The position numbers were made by a program, and so were the translations under genes. 64,000 nucleotides of DNA, taken from positions 37,084,472 to 37,148,471 of the forward strand of contig NC_068985.1 of assembly GCF_001194135.2 (NCBI RefSeq), given 5' to 3'. Below the pieces are notes generated by a model. The model did no database searches. It saw only the letters and a program-made list of their open reading frames with translations, and was not told the origin of the DNA. This stretch comes from Octopus bimaculoides. Its lineage: Eukaryota. Positions 39,150 to 52,062 of this stretch are shown here, piece by piece (positions within the stretch are counted from its first letter, which is position 1; each line of letters begins with the position of its first letter).

Positions 39150-39405
39150 CAATGATTCCCAAAGTGGGTGGTACTGCCGCCTTAGGGGTGGTGAAACGAT
39201 CCTGGGGCGACAATGGGTCAATAGATATGATCCCTGTCGGCCAAAAAGTAATTGGTTAATTAGGGTAAGTTTTATTTGTGAAATACAGTTGTTTTAAATT
39301 TTCTACAGAAAGTGATCTGCGTTTGTGGTGGTGAGTGGGTGGGGTGCGCTAGAATCTAGCGTGAGTTTCAAGGTGAAGGCAGCCTGAAAAAGTTTGGGAC
39401 CACTG
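39150..39405. mobile_element. hAT (Charlie-like) MITE, 256 bp
   Basis: TIRs caatgattcccaaagt ... agtttgggaccactg, with a perfect 8-bp TSD atatacat at 39142-39149 and 39406-39413. Confidence 0.9.
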
Positions 39406-39415
39406 ATATACATAT

Positions 39416-39471
<56 letters not shown>

Positions 39472-39548
39472 GCACGCACGCGCACGCACGCACGCGCACA
39501 CACACACGCACACACACACACACACACACATACACACACATATATTAC

Positions 39549-39678
39549 CGGCACTCCGTCGCTTACGATGATTGTTCCAGTTGGTCCGATGGACTGAACA
39601 ATCTCCTCGTGAAATTAACATCTAAGTGACTGAGCATTCCAGGGAAATTCAGCGTTACAAGGTTGGCCCTTTGAAATA
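39549..39678 (-). mobile_element. SINE family C 3' fragment, deleted
   Basis: ggcactccgtcgcttacga...cgtgaaattaac...ggccctttgaa. Confidence 0.8.
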
Positions 39679-39853
39679 CTGGAGCAACATTAAATAAGGA
39701 GTCTTTCTTTGTGTGTGCATACATACATACATACATATATATACATTCATACATACATACATACATGCATACATACATACATCCACACGCGCGCGCACAC
39801 GCACACACACGCACACGCACACACACGCACACACACGCACACGTATTCTTTAA

Positions 39854-40255
39854 TTCTTTTATTATTTTACTTGTTTCAGTAATTTGACTGCGGCGATGCC
39901 AGACCACCGCCTTTAGTCGAACAAATCGATCACAGGACTTATTCTTTGTAAACCTAATATTTGTTCTATCGTGTATTTTGCCGAACCGCTAAGTTATGGG
40001 GACTCAAATACACCAACATCGGTTGTCAAGCGATGGTTGGGGCCAAACACAGACACATGCACACACACAAACACACACACACAAACACACACACACAAAT
40101 ACACACACATATATATATATATATACCACGGGTTTATTTCAGTTTCCGTCTACCAAATCCACCCACAAGGCTTTAATCGGCTCGAGAGTGTAGTAGAAGA
40201 TACCTGTCCAAGATGCCACGCAGTGAGACTGAGCCCGGAAACATGTGGACATGTC
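39854..40255 (-). mobile_element. SINE family B, near full length
   Basis: Tail ttttacttgtttcagt, internal (CA)n/(TA)n, and CORE-like and head motifs in reverse. Confidence 0.88.
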
Positions 40256-40591
40256 TGACCAATGGCATTCNNNNNNNNNNNNNNNNNNNNNNNNNNNNNN
40301 NNNNNNNNNNNNNNNNNNNNNNNNNNNNNNNNNNNNNNNNNNNNNNNNNNNNNNNNNNNNNNNNNNNNNNNNNNNNNNNNNNNNNNNNNNNNNNNNNNCT
40401 CATGGTCGGATCATCCACAACTAAACCACTAAACTCATTGAGCTTGTTTGGTGACAAGGTTGAATTATACGGCGCCCTGTGGGATGAAAAGTAAGTGCGT
40501 CAATGTTCATACTGAAACACGGAAAGTACGTGGAAGTGTGTCGGTTGGATATATGTACATATACAGTTCGTATGTGTGTGGTGGTGTGCGT

Positions 40592-40635
<44 letters not shown>

Positions 40636-41744
40636 TCACATACTACTTCTGGTTGTCATTGAGTCATATTTCTATATTTATATCTCAAACAGATGACTGA
40701 GGTGATCTATAACAACGACATCAACAACAACATCAGTAACAGCAACACTAAAAGCTGGAACAATAACACTTTCCACCGTCACCATCTCTCCCCCCCCCTC
40801 CACTCTCATCACCTCTACAACCACCTCCTTCAACAACAACAAACCGGACCAGAGTAATTTGCAAAGAACTACGAAGACGTGAGGTTTACCATAATTCTAT
40901 TCAGAGAAGTTAGAGTATGGCGTTTCTTAGCTTCAAAGAGACAATTCTTGCCAATATCTAAAATAAATACACACATTCTTCTTTGGAATTGTTCTAGAAA
41001 TATGTCTTTGTCTACTATGTTTATTTATTTATTTATTCATTTATTTATTTATTTATTCGTTAATTAAATTTCTTTCTCGGATCTTCATTCATTCATTATA
41101 TGCTTTGCTTTCGTTTTTTCTTTCATTTTTTTTTTTTTAGATATTTGTTTTGATGTCAGTTCAGATTTTCTTTGTGTATTTTTCTTTTACATTTCTTTCT
41201 AAAAATTATTCGTTTATTTTTCTTGTCTGTTATTCATTCATATTCACTTTCCTTCTTTCTCGATTTTTTTCAGTCATACTTTGATCCTTTTTGTATTTCT
41301 TTCACTTCTTTTTCATTTTCTTTGTCGCTTTCTTTCTAGTCATTTCACCTCTCTCCTTATTATATATACTTTTTTGTCATAATTCTATTCTCTTCTCTTA
41401 TTCTACTGGACTTTCAGCAAAAATATCTCTTATTCGTTCTTTGACTTTCTTTTACCGTTTCCTTTCTTTATTTATAGATTCCCCCCCTCCTATCAATCTT
41501 TCTACCCATTTTTTTCTTTATGGCTCTTTCTCTCACTTTCATTCATTCATTCATTCATTATTTCTTTCTTTCTTTCTTTCTTTCTTTCTCTGTTCTTTTT
41601 TTACTCTCTATCACAAGTTACTTTCTTAAATATTCCGTTTCTCTAAGTTTCATTCGTTTTTTAAATCATTTATCTTCTATTTTATTCTTAATTATTTTTC
41701 TTCTATTTTTATTATCTTATTTGGAAATTATCAAACGTATTTAA

Positions 41745-42036
41745 CCCATTACCTACCAGTGATCTCATATGAGATCGCTTAAAAATTACAAATTTCGTAA
41801 TTATCTGTCAATATTTACACATATCTAACCTTTTTGCTATATCTACTAGATATATTTCTCTAATATTCAAATGAGGTTTGCTAATTTTTCACCCAATATC
41901 TCGCTTATTTCTATTTAAAATGTTATTTTGAAATGTTATTTTTGATCATTCCAGCGTGCTTCTAAGGCTGTGTTATGCTAGACATCAAAATTTCATTAAA
42001 AAAATTCCATTTAATAGAATTATGGGAGGTAATGGT
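41745..42036. mobile_element. piggyBac-like MITE, 292 bp
   Basis: TTAA at 41741-41744 and 42037-42040. Termini ttaacccattacctacca / tgggaggtaatggtttaa are 16/18 complementary. Confidence 0.75.
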
Positions 42037-42064
42037 TTAATCAATTTCTCTATACAAAGGTACA

Positions 42065-42475
42065 AGCATGGCTATGTTGTAAATAAGCTTACTTTGTAAC
42101 CATGTAATCTTAAGTTCATTTCCACTGCGTGGCACCTTGCGCAAACATCGTCTACAATGGTGTACGGACCGACCAATGCTTTAATAAGTGATTTTGGTGG
42201 ACGGGAACTGTGTGGAAGCCCGTCGCAATACATACATACATATGTGTATATGTATATGTGTATGTGAATGTGTCCGTTTGTTCCCACTTATTGCTTGACT
42301 TCCGATGTTGGTTTATTTACGTTTCCGTAACCAGTAGTTTGGCTATAGAGGTAGAGAGAATAAGTACGAGACTTAAAGAATAAGTACGGAGTCGATATGT
42401 TGGACTAAAGCTTTTCAAGGCTTTGCTCCAGTATGACCACATTCCAGTGACTGAAACAAGTAAAAGATAAAATAT
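42065..42475 (+). mobile_element. SINE family B, old diverged full copy
   Basis: ccactgcgtggcaccttgcgcaa...gaagcccgtcg, internal TACA/TG array, tail gactgaaacaagtaaaagataaaa. Confidence 0.8.
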
Positions 42476-43152
42476 ACAATCTCCACTTGGTTACACCCTT
42501 TCTCTTTTTTCTCTCTCTTCCGTCTCTCTATACCTTCTCTCTCTCTCTTTCTCTTTCCCTCCTCCTCTCGCTCTGTCTCTGTCCTTTAGTTTCATTCAGA
42601 TTCATTCATTATTTTTTCTTTCCTTCCTTTGCTTCTTTCAGTTATGTCTTCTATTTCTTTCCAGCCTTCTTTTCTTCTTTTTCGTTCTTCCTTTTCTCTC
42701 CCTCTTTCTTTCTCTTCCTTCCTTCCTGTCTTTCACTGTCTCCGTCCGTCTGTCTGTCTCTCTCCCCTCTCCCTCCCCTCATCCATTCCCCCTCCACATC
42801 CCCTTCTCCTTCTCACTTTCCTTTCCCCTCTCCTCCCCCTCTCTTTCTGTCATGTTCTTTTCCTACTCTTCTATTGTATTTGTCTCATACGTTTCCCTGT
42901 TGTTCGTATTTCTCTTATTTAAAAACATTAGTTCAAAGCTGCACATGCATCTGTAAATGCAATACTTGCCCACATCGTCGCCAGCGTTGTATCCTGGAGT
43001 AACTGAACGTTTTGGGTCCAGGTGAATCCCACCTAGATTGATCAAGCCAAGGCCTGTGAGCAAACAGCATTCTACTGGCCCTTTACAGCCAGGTTTATAT
43101 ACGCCTTGCTCTGGGTACCACCTGTGAACCCAAATCACTTCCCTTATAATAT

Positions 43153-43581
43153 TCTTTTCTACTCTACATGGCTCGAAATTTTAGGGGAGGGGGCCAGTCG
43201 ATTAGATCGACACCAGTACACAACTGGTACTTAACGTATCGACCCCGAAAGGATGAAAAGCAAAGTCGACCTCGGCAAAATTTGAACTCAGAACGTAAAG
43301 ACAGACGAAATACCGCTAAGCATTTCGCCCGGCGTGCTAACGTCTCTTATTTCTTTACTACCCACAAGGGGCTACACACAGAGGGGACAAACAAGGACTG
43401 ACAAACGGATTAAGTCGATTATATCAACCCCAGTGCGTAACTGGTACTTATTTAATCGACTCCGAAAGGGATGAAAGGCAAAGTCGACCTCGGCGGAATT
43501 TGAACTCAGAATGTTTCAGCAGACGAAATACCGCTAAATATTTCGCCCGGCATGCTAACGCTTCTGCCAGCTCGCCGCCTT
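43153..43581 (-). mobile_element. SINE family A dimer (tail 1 unit followed by tail 2 unit)
   Basis: Two head-core units. A 16-bp TSD with 1 mismatch, actt(c/t)ccttataatat, at 43137-43152 and 43582-43597 brackets the whole dimer. Confidence 0.93.
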
Positions 43582-43912
43582 ACTTTCCTTATAATATCGT
43601 CTTTCTATCAACGATTTAATTCCTTCCTTTAGAATTTCTTTCCTATCGTTCTTGGCTTTCTCGTCTTTGTAATCTTCCTACTTTCTTTCCCTTCGTCTAT
43701 TTTCTTCTTCCATTTTTCTTTTCCTTCCCTTTATCTTTCCTTTTCCCTGTCCTTCCTTCCATTATTTATACCATTCCACGTTTAGCTTCATTCAGATTCA
43801 ATCATTATTTCATTCTTTCTTTCCTTTGCTGCTTTCTATTATGTCATCTATTTCTTTCTAACCTTCTACCTTCTTTCTCGTTCTTCCATTTCTCTCCCTG
43901 TTCTCTTCTCTT

Positions 43913-44062
43913 TCCTTGCTTCCTTCCTTCCTTGCTTCCTTGCTTCCTTCCTTCCTTCCTTGCTTCCTTGCTTCCTTCCTTCCTTCCTTGCTTCCTTGCT
44001 TCCTTCCTTCCTTCCTTCTTTCCTTCCGGCCACCCTTCTTTCCTTCCTTCCTTCCTGCCACC
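43913..44062. repeat. (CTTC)n/(CTTG)n compound tetranucleotide repeat
   Basis: Visible directly in the sequence. Confidence 0.9.
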
Positions 44063-44846
44063 CTTCTTTCCTTCTCTGTTCTTTTACCTTCTCATATTTC
44101 TCTCATTCTCTCAATTTCACTTACCTCTCTTTCATCACTTCCTTTTTTTTTCTACAATACCTCTATATTTTCCTTTTTCTCCTTCTTCTTCAATTACTCG
44201 TTATATTTCCTTTCATTCGTTCTTCTATTCTTTTTATGTTTTACTTTCCATTTTACTTTGTCACAACCAAACATTCTTTTCCAGTCTTATGCGACAAAGA
44301 ACATTTCGACATTCCATTTCCTTCATAAACATATTCCACGTACCCTTCCTGTTGCTTATCAACATCGTCGTCATCGTTGACTTTGTCGTCTGCCTCCCCT
44401 GCGTCCCCTGCGTCGCTTGGTCGTCTGCGTTGTCGTTTTGATTTTAGCTGCTACTGTTTTTATTAGTGTTGTAGTACTTTATTTCTTCAACCTTTTAAAT
44501 TTATTTTCTTGGCATCAAAGAATTAATTAATATGATTTATTTATCAAAAACAAAATATAAAACAAATCAGAAAACGTCATATGAAACTGCGATCATGATA
44601 ATTTAACAGAAAACTACTGTTTCTTGTCGGGTGGAGTTCATTATAGAGTGAACTTACACCCGTTTAATTTCCGTAAGCAACAGATACGACATTTTGCTAC
44701 CTCGGTTAATATTTGTTTTCAATTATTTCCCATCTCTGAAACTGAGCAAGATAAATATTCTTCAAAAATTACAAGGCATATCTTTTACATAGAACTGGTA
44801 AGAAGCGCAACTTTAACAAAACATGAATACATGTGTGCAAGCGCAC

Positions 44847-44885
<39 letters not shown>

Positions 44886-44914
44886 NNNNNNNNNNNNNNN
44901 NNNNNNNNNNNNNN

Positions 44915-44945
<31 letters not shown>

Positions 44946-45217
44946 TACGTTTGTATGTATGTATATATGTATATATGTGTATATATATATATATGAGTGT
45001 GTGTGTGTTTGTGTGTGTGCATGTGTGTAAATATTAGAGAATGTAATATATATGCAGATTAATGTATACGTATTTGTATATATCTATGTATATGTTTGTC
45101 TGTGTATTAGTTCAAATTGAATCACACACACACATGTGTATATGTGTGTGAATTAATGTACATATCAAACTATTTAAATGTTTTGCATATTAAACACGCA
45201 AAGAAACGAATAAAAGG

Positions 45218-45253
<36 letters not shown>

Positions 45254-45731
45254 AAATATAAGAAAGAGAGAAAGAGAGAGTGAGAGAGAGAGAGAGAGCG
45301 GAGGAAAGGAAAGAAAGAAAAGATAAAAAAGACATATAAAAAAAGAAACACAAAACTACTGCGGAAGAAATATCTGCAAGTGTTCTTATATATGTTTTTT
45401 GTTAATATCTACAGACAATCACTGCACATACACACTCATACACACGTGCGAGCGCATATGAATGTATGTGGCCCTTTCCAGATTATTCATTAAAAAATAT
45501 TAACGTTTTAATAAGAACTGGTATCAACATTTTGCACTTGGGTATGCAAATATTTGATTCATGCGCGTGCGTGCACACACAAACACACATACACAAACAT
45601 ATATAAAGGTACAAAAACGACGTACTCCAAAGGAATTAAAAGGTAATGTAATACAAGGGTAGAGTAGAAAATCCATGAACCAGGTACTCCAGATCAGTCG
45701 GAAGGACGTATACACACACACACTCACACAC

Positions 45732-45812
<81 letters not shown>

Positions 45813-46586
45813 NNNNNNNNNNNNNNNNNNNNNNNNNNNNNNNNNNNNNNNNNNNNNNNNNNNNNNNNNNNNNNNNNNNNNNNNNNNNNNNNNNNNNNNN
45901 NNNNNNNNNNNNNNNNNNNNNNNNNNNNNNNNNNNNNNNNNNNNNNNNNNNNNNNNNNNNNNNNNNNNNNNNNNNNNNNNNNNNNNNNNNNNNNNNNNNN
46001 NNNNNNNNNNNNNNNNNNNNNNNNNNNNNNNNNNNNNNNNNNNNNNNNNNNNNNNNNNNNNNNNNNNNNNNNNNNNNNNNNNNNNNNNNNNNNNNNNNNN
46101 NNNNNNNNNNNNNNNNNNNNNNNNNNNNNNNNNNNNNNNNNNNNNNNNNNNNNNNNNNNNNNNNNNNNNNNNNNNNNNNNNNNNNNNNNNNNNNNNNNNN
46201 NNNNNNNNNNNNNNNNNNNNNNNNNNNNNNNNNNNNNNNNNNNNNNNNNNNNNNNNNNNNNNNNNNNNNNNNNNNNNNNNNNNNNNNNNNNNNNNNNNNN
46301 NNNNNNNNNNNNNNNNNNNNNNNNNNNNNNNNNNNNNNNNNNNNNNNNNNNNNNNNNNNNNNNNNNNNNNNNNNNNNNNNNNNNNNNNNNNNNNNNNNNN
46401 NNNNNNNNNNNNNNNNNNNNNNNNNNNNNNNNNNNNNNNNNNNNNNNNNNNNNNNNNNNNNNNNNNNNNNNNNNNNNNNNNNNNNNNNNNNNNNNNNNNN
46501 NNNNNNNNNNNNNNNNNNNNNNNNNNNNTATATACATACATATATATATATATATACATACATACATACATACATACATACACACA

Positions 46587-46626
<40 letters not shown>

Positions 46627-46937
46627 CATACACATACACACATATATACATAAGCGCACACACACATACATTTATATATATCTATTATATGTACATAGAC
46701 ACATATATACATATATATACGAATATATATATATGCGTATATGTAAATATACACATCTATGTAATATTTATATATATATATATAGATACATATATGTATA
46801 TAAGTGCATGTGTGTGTACACACACACACACACACACCCATCTCATATGCATTGAAACTGTGCGTGTGTTATTCTCATTGGCCTTATGAATCTCCCAAGG
46901 CACAACAATATATCCAATTTGAACAACGTACATTTTC

Positions 46938-47140
46938 CTTGAGCGTCAGAAGAAGTGATTTTGCGGTGTTTTTTCCGCCTCTTCACATTCTTAGTTCAAA
47001 TGTTAAGCCGCCGAGTTCAAATTAGCCTCTCATCTTTTTTGTGGTCGATGAAATATATACCCATCAACTACTCGGGTTAATGCAATAGATTAATATCACC
47101 ATCCAATTATCTGGCCTTGAACCTATGTAAGAAATTATAA
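46938..47140 (+). mobile_element. Old SINE family A-related copy
   Basis: ttcttagttcaaat...cctctcatctttttgtggtcgatgaaat...ggccttgaacc, a degenerate core and tail. Confidence 0.55.
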
Positions 47141-47490
47141 ATTTTCTACACACGGTTGTTCGTAGCCCTTGTGAACCTTTTCTATGTTTTATTTATTCAA
47201 AAGTTGGATTTTAACGAACCATTTCTAACGGCTTTGTTATACTGTCAGAGCTCGTTTAAAACTTAATATTTTAAGTATGTTACATAATGTTTTCTGGTCT
47301 TTTCTTGCTCTACTCAATACTGCCATTCGTCGATCATAATGTGATACTCGGAATAATGATTTGTGTTGAAATACTTTTTCCTCCTCCTCCTCCTCCTCCT
47401 CCTCCTCCTCCTCGTCGTCGTCGTCGTTGTCAGCGTCATCACCAGTTAACGACGGAATCTTCTTGATGCTGACTCATTTGCCTAACTTAC

Positions 47491-48140
47491 AAGAAATAGT
47501 AGCAGAATTTCCTTTAAAATTACACTCGGTTGTCCTAGAAAAAGGAAGAACATGGAAGATAATGTAGTCCTTGGTACCCGTTTCTAGAAAGCAAATGGAT
47601 AGTCTTTGATCGTAGGTCTCGTTGATCAAATGTGCCTTAATGACAACCCCTTCAGCGTTATACATCACACAACAGTCCTGGGGATGCTTTTGGCGAAGTC
47701 TACTCTGTACCAAGTATTCGGATCTGGTCACCATTGTTGATAACTTGTTATTTTCTTCCGTCTTAAAACTTCGGGGAGGAAAGGTCATAGACATTGACCT
47801 TGACTAAATCATAAAAATTAATTAAATTAAGATTAAAAAGTTTAAATGAGATAATTTAATATAACGTTAATTGATGCAGAGATAAAATGAAATAAAAAGA
47901 AATATACTACTTATTTTTTAATGTCGCTAGTCTTTCCATTTATATTATTTCTTGTGTATTTATTCTTTCGACTTACTTTTATTAATTACTTTGAATCCGT
48001 CGATAGATAAAACTTTAAAAGATGTTACTTTAACGGAAGTAGGCTTCATGTGAGGTTTTTCTTCTAAATATTGCAAAAGTATGTTTATTTTTAAAGTTGC
48101 TACAATTTGCTTGTCTTTTTGTTTCACTGACTCAGTCATT
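47491..48140 (-). CDS. Candidate pair of coding exons (48140-47977 or -47990; 47803-47491), product unknown
   Basis: Acceptors tttacaacag| and ttatgatttag|, donors aaa|gtaagt (or aaa|gtaatt) and tt|gtaagt. Both segments are stop-free in a spliceable frame. No recognisable domain; a decayed transposon origin is not excluded. Confidence 0.25.
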
Positions 48141-48480
48141 CTGTTGTAAAGCGATGATAAACAGAGTAAACCTGGTGGTCTCTGCGTTGGAAGTGTCGGA
48201 GATTTATCTCCCCACTTTCTATATAAACAAGAGTGCATTTTGCACCAAAAGCCAATACGAGAGTTTCTCTCATGTTATCTACCTTACTATAGTTTGTTCT
48301 AACAGAACATATGTGGGGATAGATATTACTTCTCGGTATTAATAATGCCTCAGTCGCTAATATATATATATATTAAAATAAATGTGTAATGACTAAAACA
48401 GAGAGAGGCAATATACATGTCTTTTTAACATGGTGTCTATGACATTTGAGAGAAATATGAAGGTTATCTTTTGATTAGAA

Positions 48481-48652
48481 TGCCTGCAACTGGGTTGTTT
48501 CCACTGAAGGTACCTATGGACCACGCAACTAGAGCAACGTATTATAAAGTGTCTTACTCAAGAACGCAACACGCAGTTCGGTCTGGGAATCGAACTCACA
48601 GCTTCAGGATTGCAAGCCCGGCGCTCTAACCACTGAACCATGCGCATTTACA
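48481..48652 (-). mobile_element. Old tRNA-derived SINE (family D)
   Basis: Minus strand reads tggttcagtggttagagcg (A box), gagttcgattcccagacc (B box), then ttgagtaagacacttt (CORE-like). Confidence 0.8.
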
Positions 48653-48756
48653 CCCTAGGTAATACGGTTCTAGATGTTCTTACAAATATGATTGTCATAA
48701 TAGGAGTTCCTTTGGTGATATATCTGCTCTGATAGGACTAACTTTACGCTGAACAT

Positions 48757-49323
48757 CACCGACCAACCAACCAACCAACCAACCAACTAACCAACCGACC
48801 GACCGACCGACCAACCAACCAACCAACCAACCAATCAACTAACTAACCAACCGACCGACCGACCGACCAACCAACCAACCAGCCAACCAACCAACCAACC
48901 AACCAACCAACCGACCAACCAACCAACCAACCAACCAACCGACCGACCAACCAGCNNNNNNNNNNNNNNNNNNNNNNNNNNNNNNNNNNNNNNNNNNNNN
49001 NNNNNNNNNNNNNNNNNNNNNNNNNNNNNNNNNNNNNNNNNNNNNNNNNNNNNNNNNNNNNNNNNNNNNNNNNNNNNNNNNNNNNNNNNNNNNNNNNNNN
49101 NNNNNNNNNNNNNNNNNNNNNNNNNNNNNNNNNNNNNNNNNNNNNNNNNNNNNNNNNNNNNNNNNNNNNNNNNNNNNNNNNNNNNNNNNNNNNNNNNNNN
49201 NNNNNNNNNNNNNNNNNNNNNNNNNAACTAACCAACCGACCGACCGACCGACCAACCAACCAACCAACCGACCAACCAACCAGCCAACTCACCAACCAGC
49301 CAACCAGCCAGCCAGCCAACCAG
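48757..49323. repeat. (ACCA)n/(ACCG)n/(AGCC)n tetranucleotide array spanning a gap
   Basis: Visible directly; N gap at 48956-49225. Confidence 0.95.
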
Positions 49324-50149
49324 CGCTTTAGATTCACAGTTAATTAAGGTGATACATAATACATAATTCATGCTTGTTCTTCTTTACTTACATAACCAAT
49401 TCTCTACCATTCTTTATCTATTTAATTAATATTTTATGCACAATTATCAACCTTCATTTCTTTCCCTTTGGCGATCAAATTTCTTTAGTTGCATCGTAAA
49501 CATAGTCAACCAGTTTCTTCTCACGATTACACTCTCATCATCGCTTCTCTTTGAAATATTAACTTTCGGTTGCTCCCTAAACAATTAATCTTCATACTTT
49601 CTCGTTTCCTTTGTGGAATTACTAATTAACTGTAAGTATCAAGTGCGCACCGATGGATGTATTAAAGCCTCCCTATAGACTCGCTGCCAACATTATATAT
49701 TTCTTGTTTCTGCGTTACTTTCTTTCACACAATTCTCTTCCGTCTCTTTCCGTACATACATACATACATATACACACATATATGTTTGTATGTACACAGA
49801 GGCATACATTTACACTCATGCACACACATAAATATGCTTGTCGCGAACTGTCTCCTACTTTCTGTTTTTTATACATACAGCTCTAGTATGTATAATCTAG
49901 TGCACCCGCGTGATCATAATTCACTAATGCATCAGTTATAAAGTTTTCTCGTATTTCTTGGTGATCTTTGAAATCCGGAGAGTAGAATTACAGTTCTTTC
50001 AACTCGCTTTCTTCAATTATTTAGAACTTTTGCTAAAGGATCACCGATTCCTCTATACATGTCTACTAATAATTTGCTCTGTTATGTTCTGATTAGATCG
50101 ACGTTGTTTGCTTACGAATGAAGATAGAAATAATTGCTGCAATTTTTTT

Positions 50150-50800
50150 TTCTCTATACAGAATAATTCTAAATTCATTTTTTCGTGTGGCAATTTGAGT
50201 GACGTTCTTTTAAAACATGCCGGTTTTGCATCTTGATCATGTAGTTTGTTTGATCCTCTTCTCCAGTGTAGTTCGTCTTTCAGTGGCACCCTCCCTGCTT
50301 ATTCTCTTGATACAGAAGAACATCTAACTAAGGCCAATCAAAGAACACCGCTGACCAAAGATCACCAAGAGGACGTACCTTCTCTCAGTTGTTGTTCTCC
50401 GATCAACAGGCGCTTGATTAGAGAATTTCTGTTCACCTCAACCATTTTCGCCAGAGTCACCTAATTCATTGAAAGAGAGCACGTTTCCCTCCGCCCTCAC
50501 TTTTCTACTAAGTTGAACTACAAACTCTTTAACAGAGCTTGATTGAAGAAGAAGAAATATGCCTTTATTCCTTACAGCCTCGTTCGACATAGCATCAAAT
50601 ATTAAGAAACTGTCTGTCCAACCTCATTATTAAGAGTGGTACAGCGATCTTTATGATAGACTCGTCTGGTAGCTTGATCCACCCTGCTTTGAGCAACAAC
50701 TATTTGATATAGATCTACAACTGAGCAATGCTCGGACATAATAACAACAGTAATATCAACTATTGGTAAGAAGAGCGTATTTCGTTTTACAATCATGATG
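50150..50800 (-). pseudogene. Decayed RTE-clade LINE, C-terminal RT/thumb region
   Basis: One minus frame with stops gives DLYQIVV...MLCRTRL*GIK...KRLLIGEQ..EG...L.RC...D..HWRR. This follows the RTE pattern K..LY..VV...CLRRILGIKW...K.LLYGEL..G.R...LK.C...DR..WRR. Confidence 0.5.
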
Positions 50801-50880
50801 TACGACCAAGTATATTAAAAATTTATAAGTCAATACTGTGTCCTATTATTTGTGTTAGCTGTGTGATACAATCACTTTTA

Positions 50881-51368
50881 AGTTATCTCTACAAGTTTTC
50901 TATAGAACTTAGAGCTAGCACTCAAAGTCACAATATTTCGTGTCACTTTTAAATTATTTCTTCAGAAAATCTGTAGAGTGTGAGTGTATCGCACTGCTAA
51001 CGCAAAAAATAGAACACAGTATTGACCTATCAACTTGGAATATATTCGGTGGTATGTTACTGTTGCAAGACAAAATAATGTTTCCCACCAGCAATTAATA
51101 TGTACGTACCAGATGCCAAGAATGTGTTTAATTCGTAAATTGGTCTAGCCAAACGTGGCACATCGCTAAACGTTGTGGCTATTTAAACAATGTTTCCGGA
51201 GATGGTTAGTGGGTTGGACGTGGTGCTGATAAGGGGTGGATGTAGTGCATGTACACCTATTACCTAGTTATCGTCTTGGATCGCATTGTTTACATTGATG
51301 TATTAGTATACGAAACGTCGTAACATTCAGTGCTAGTTCTAAATTGTATAGAAAACGTAGTGATAACT
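50881..51368. mobile_element. MITE, 488 bp, with about 60-bp imperfect TIRs and a 3-bp TTA TSD (PIF/Harbinger-like)
   Basis: agttatctctacaagttttctatagaacttagagctagcactcaaagtcacaatatttcg (50881-50940) is the approximate reverse complement of cgaaacgtcgtaacattcagtgctagttctaaattgtatagaaaacgtagtgataact (51311-51368). tta lies at 50878-50880 and 51369-51371. Confidence 0.7.
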
Positions 51369-52062
51369 TTAAAATGCCAGTAATATCAAAGAATAAGCCT
51401 TCGGATTAAAATTAGGATTAAGATTCAAAATATTGAGGTTTGTTGTTGGATATTGTCTTTCAAACAGAGGCACGATTCCACTGTAGTCAACAGTTGAAAG
51501 ACTGAAACTTCTATCATCATTTCTATCTCTTAGGAACACCATATTGAGGTCAGAATGCTGTAACTTCGTTTGCAACGCATTCTTACATTCTTGCTCCTTT
51601 CTTTCCACTTCATCCAAAGATTGACTTAGCGCTCATGAGTATTATTTTTCCTTAACATCAAATCCAAATTCTGCATTATTTCTTACACAGTGAGCAATAG
51701 TTTTGTTGTTAATAAGTATTGCATTGATCGAAAGTTAGATGCAGTGTCTCCTTCTTGATGTACAGGTTGTATATTAGATGTTCTGTGATAGACCTGTCCA
51801 TGGACTCTCGAACAATATGAACCTCTTTCTGGTAGTTTGCTAATTTGTGTTCCTACTAAAGTAAAGGAGACGGCTGATTTATAAGTATAAATGTTACATT
51901 TTTTAAGTCATACATACAGTAAGGAGAATAGGATGCATTCACTTAGATATTCTGGAAGATTTCTCTTAGATGGTCGTCTGAGCTTACCTTTATGGCAGTA
52001 GTTATTAATCTTCCCATCTCACGTTCGAAATTCAGTGGTCTGTTGCACAGGCAGGAATTAAC
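51369..52062 (-). mobile_element. Helitron RepHel N-terminal fragment, decayed
   Basis: Minus frames give LNFERE...YCHKGKL...PEYL, then YKSAVSFTLVGTQI...RGSYCSRVHGQVYHRTS (Helitron YNSA.AF.S.GA...GPYCFRIHGQ.YH motif), then NMVFLRDR...PLFER and NILNLNPNFNPKAYSLI (N..P..YP motif). Frameshifts lie between the blocks. Confidence 0.85.

Noticed and set aside
50295-50759. Apparent three-exon gene with a ubiquitin-like look (SVVDLYQIVV...TLNNE/VTLAKM...LREG)
   Set aside because: All three 'exons' lie in one frame and the 'introns' also carry RTE-like residues (CRTRL*GIK, L.RC). A decayed continuous RTE ORF is the simpler explanation.
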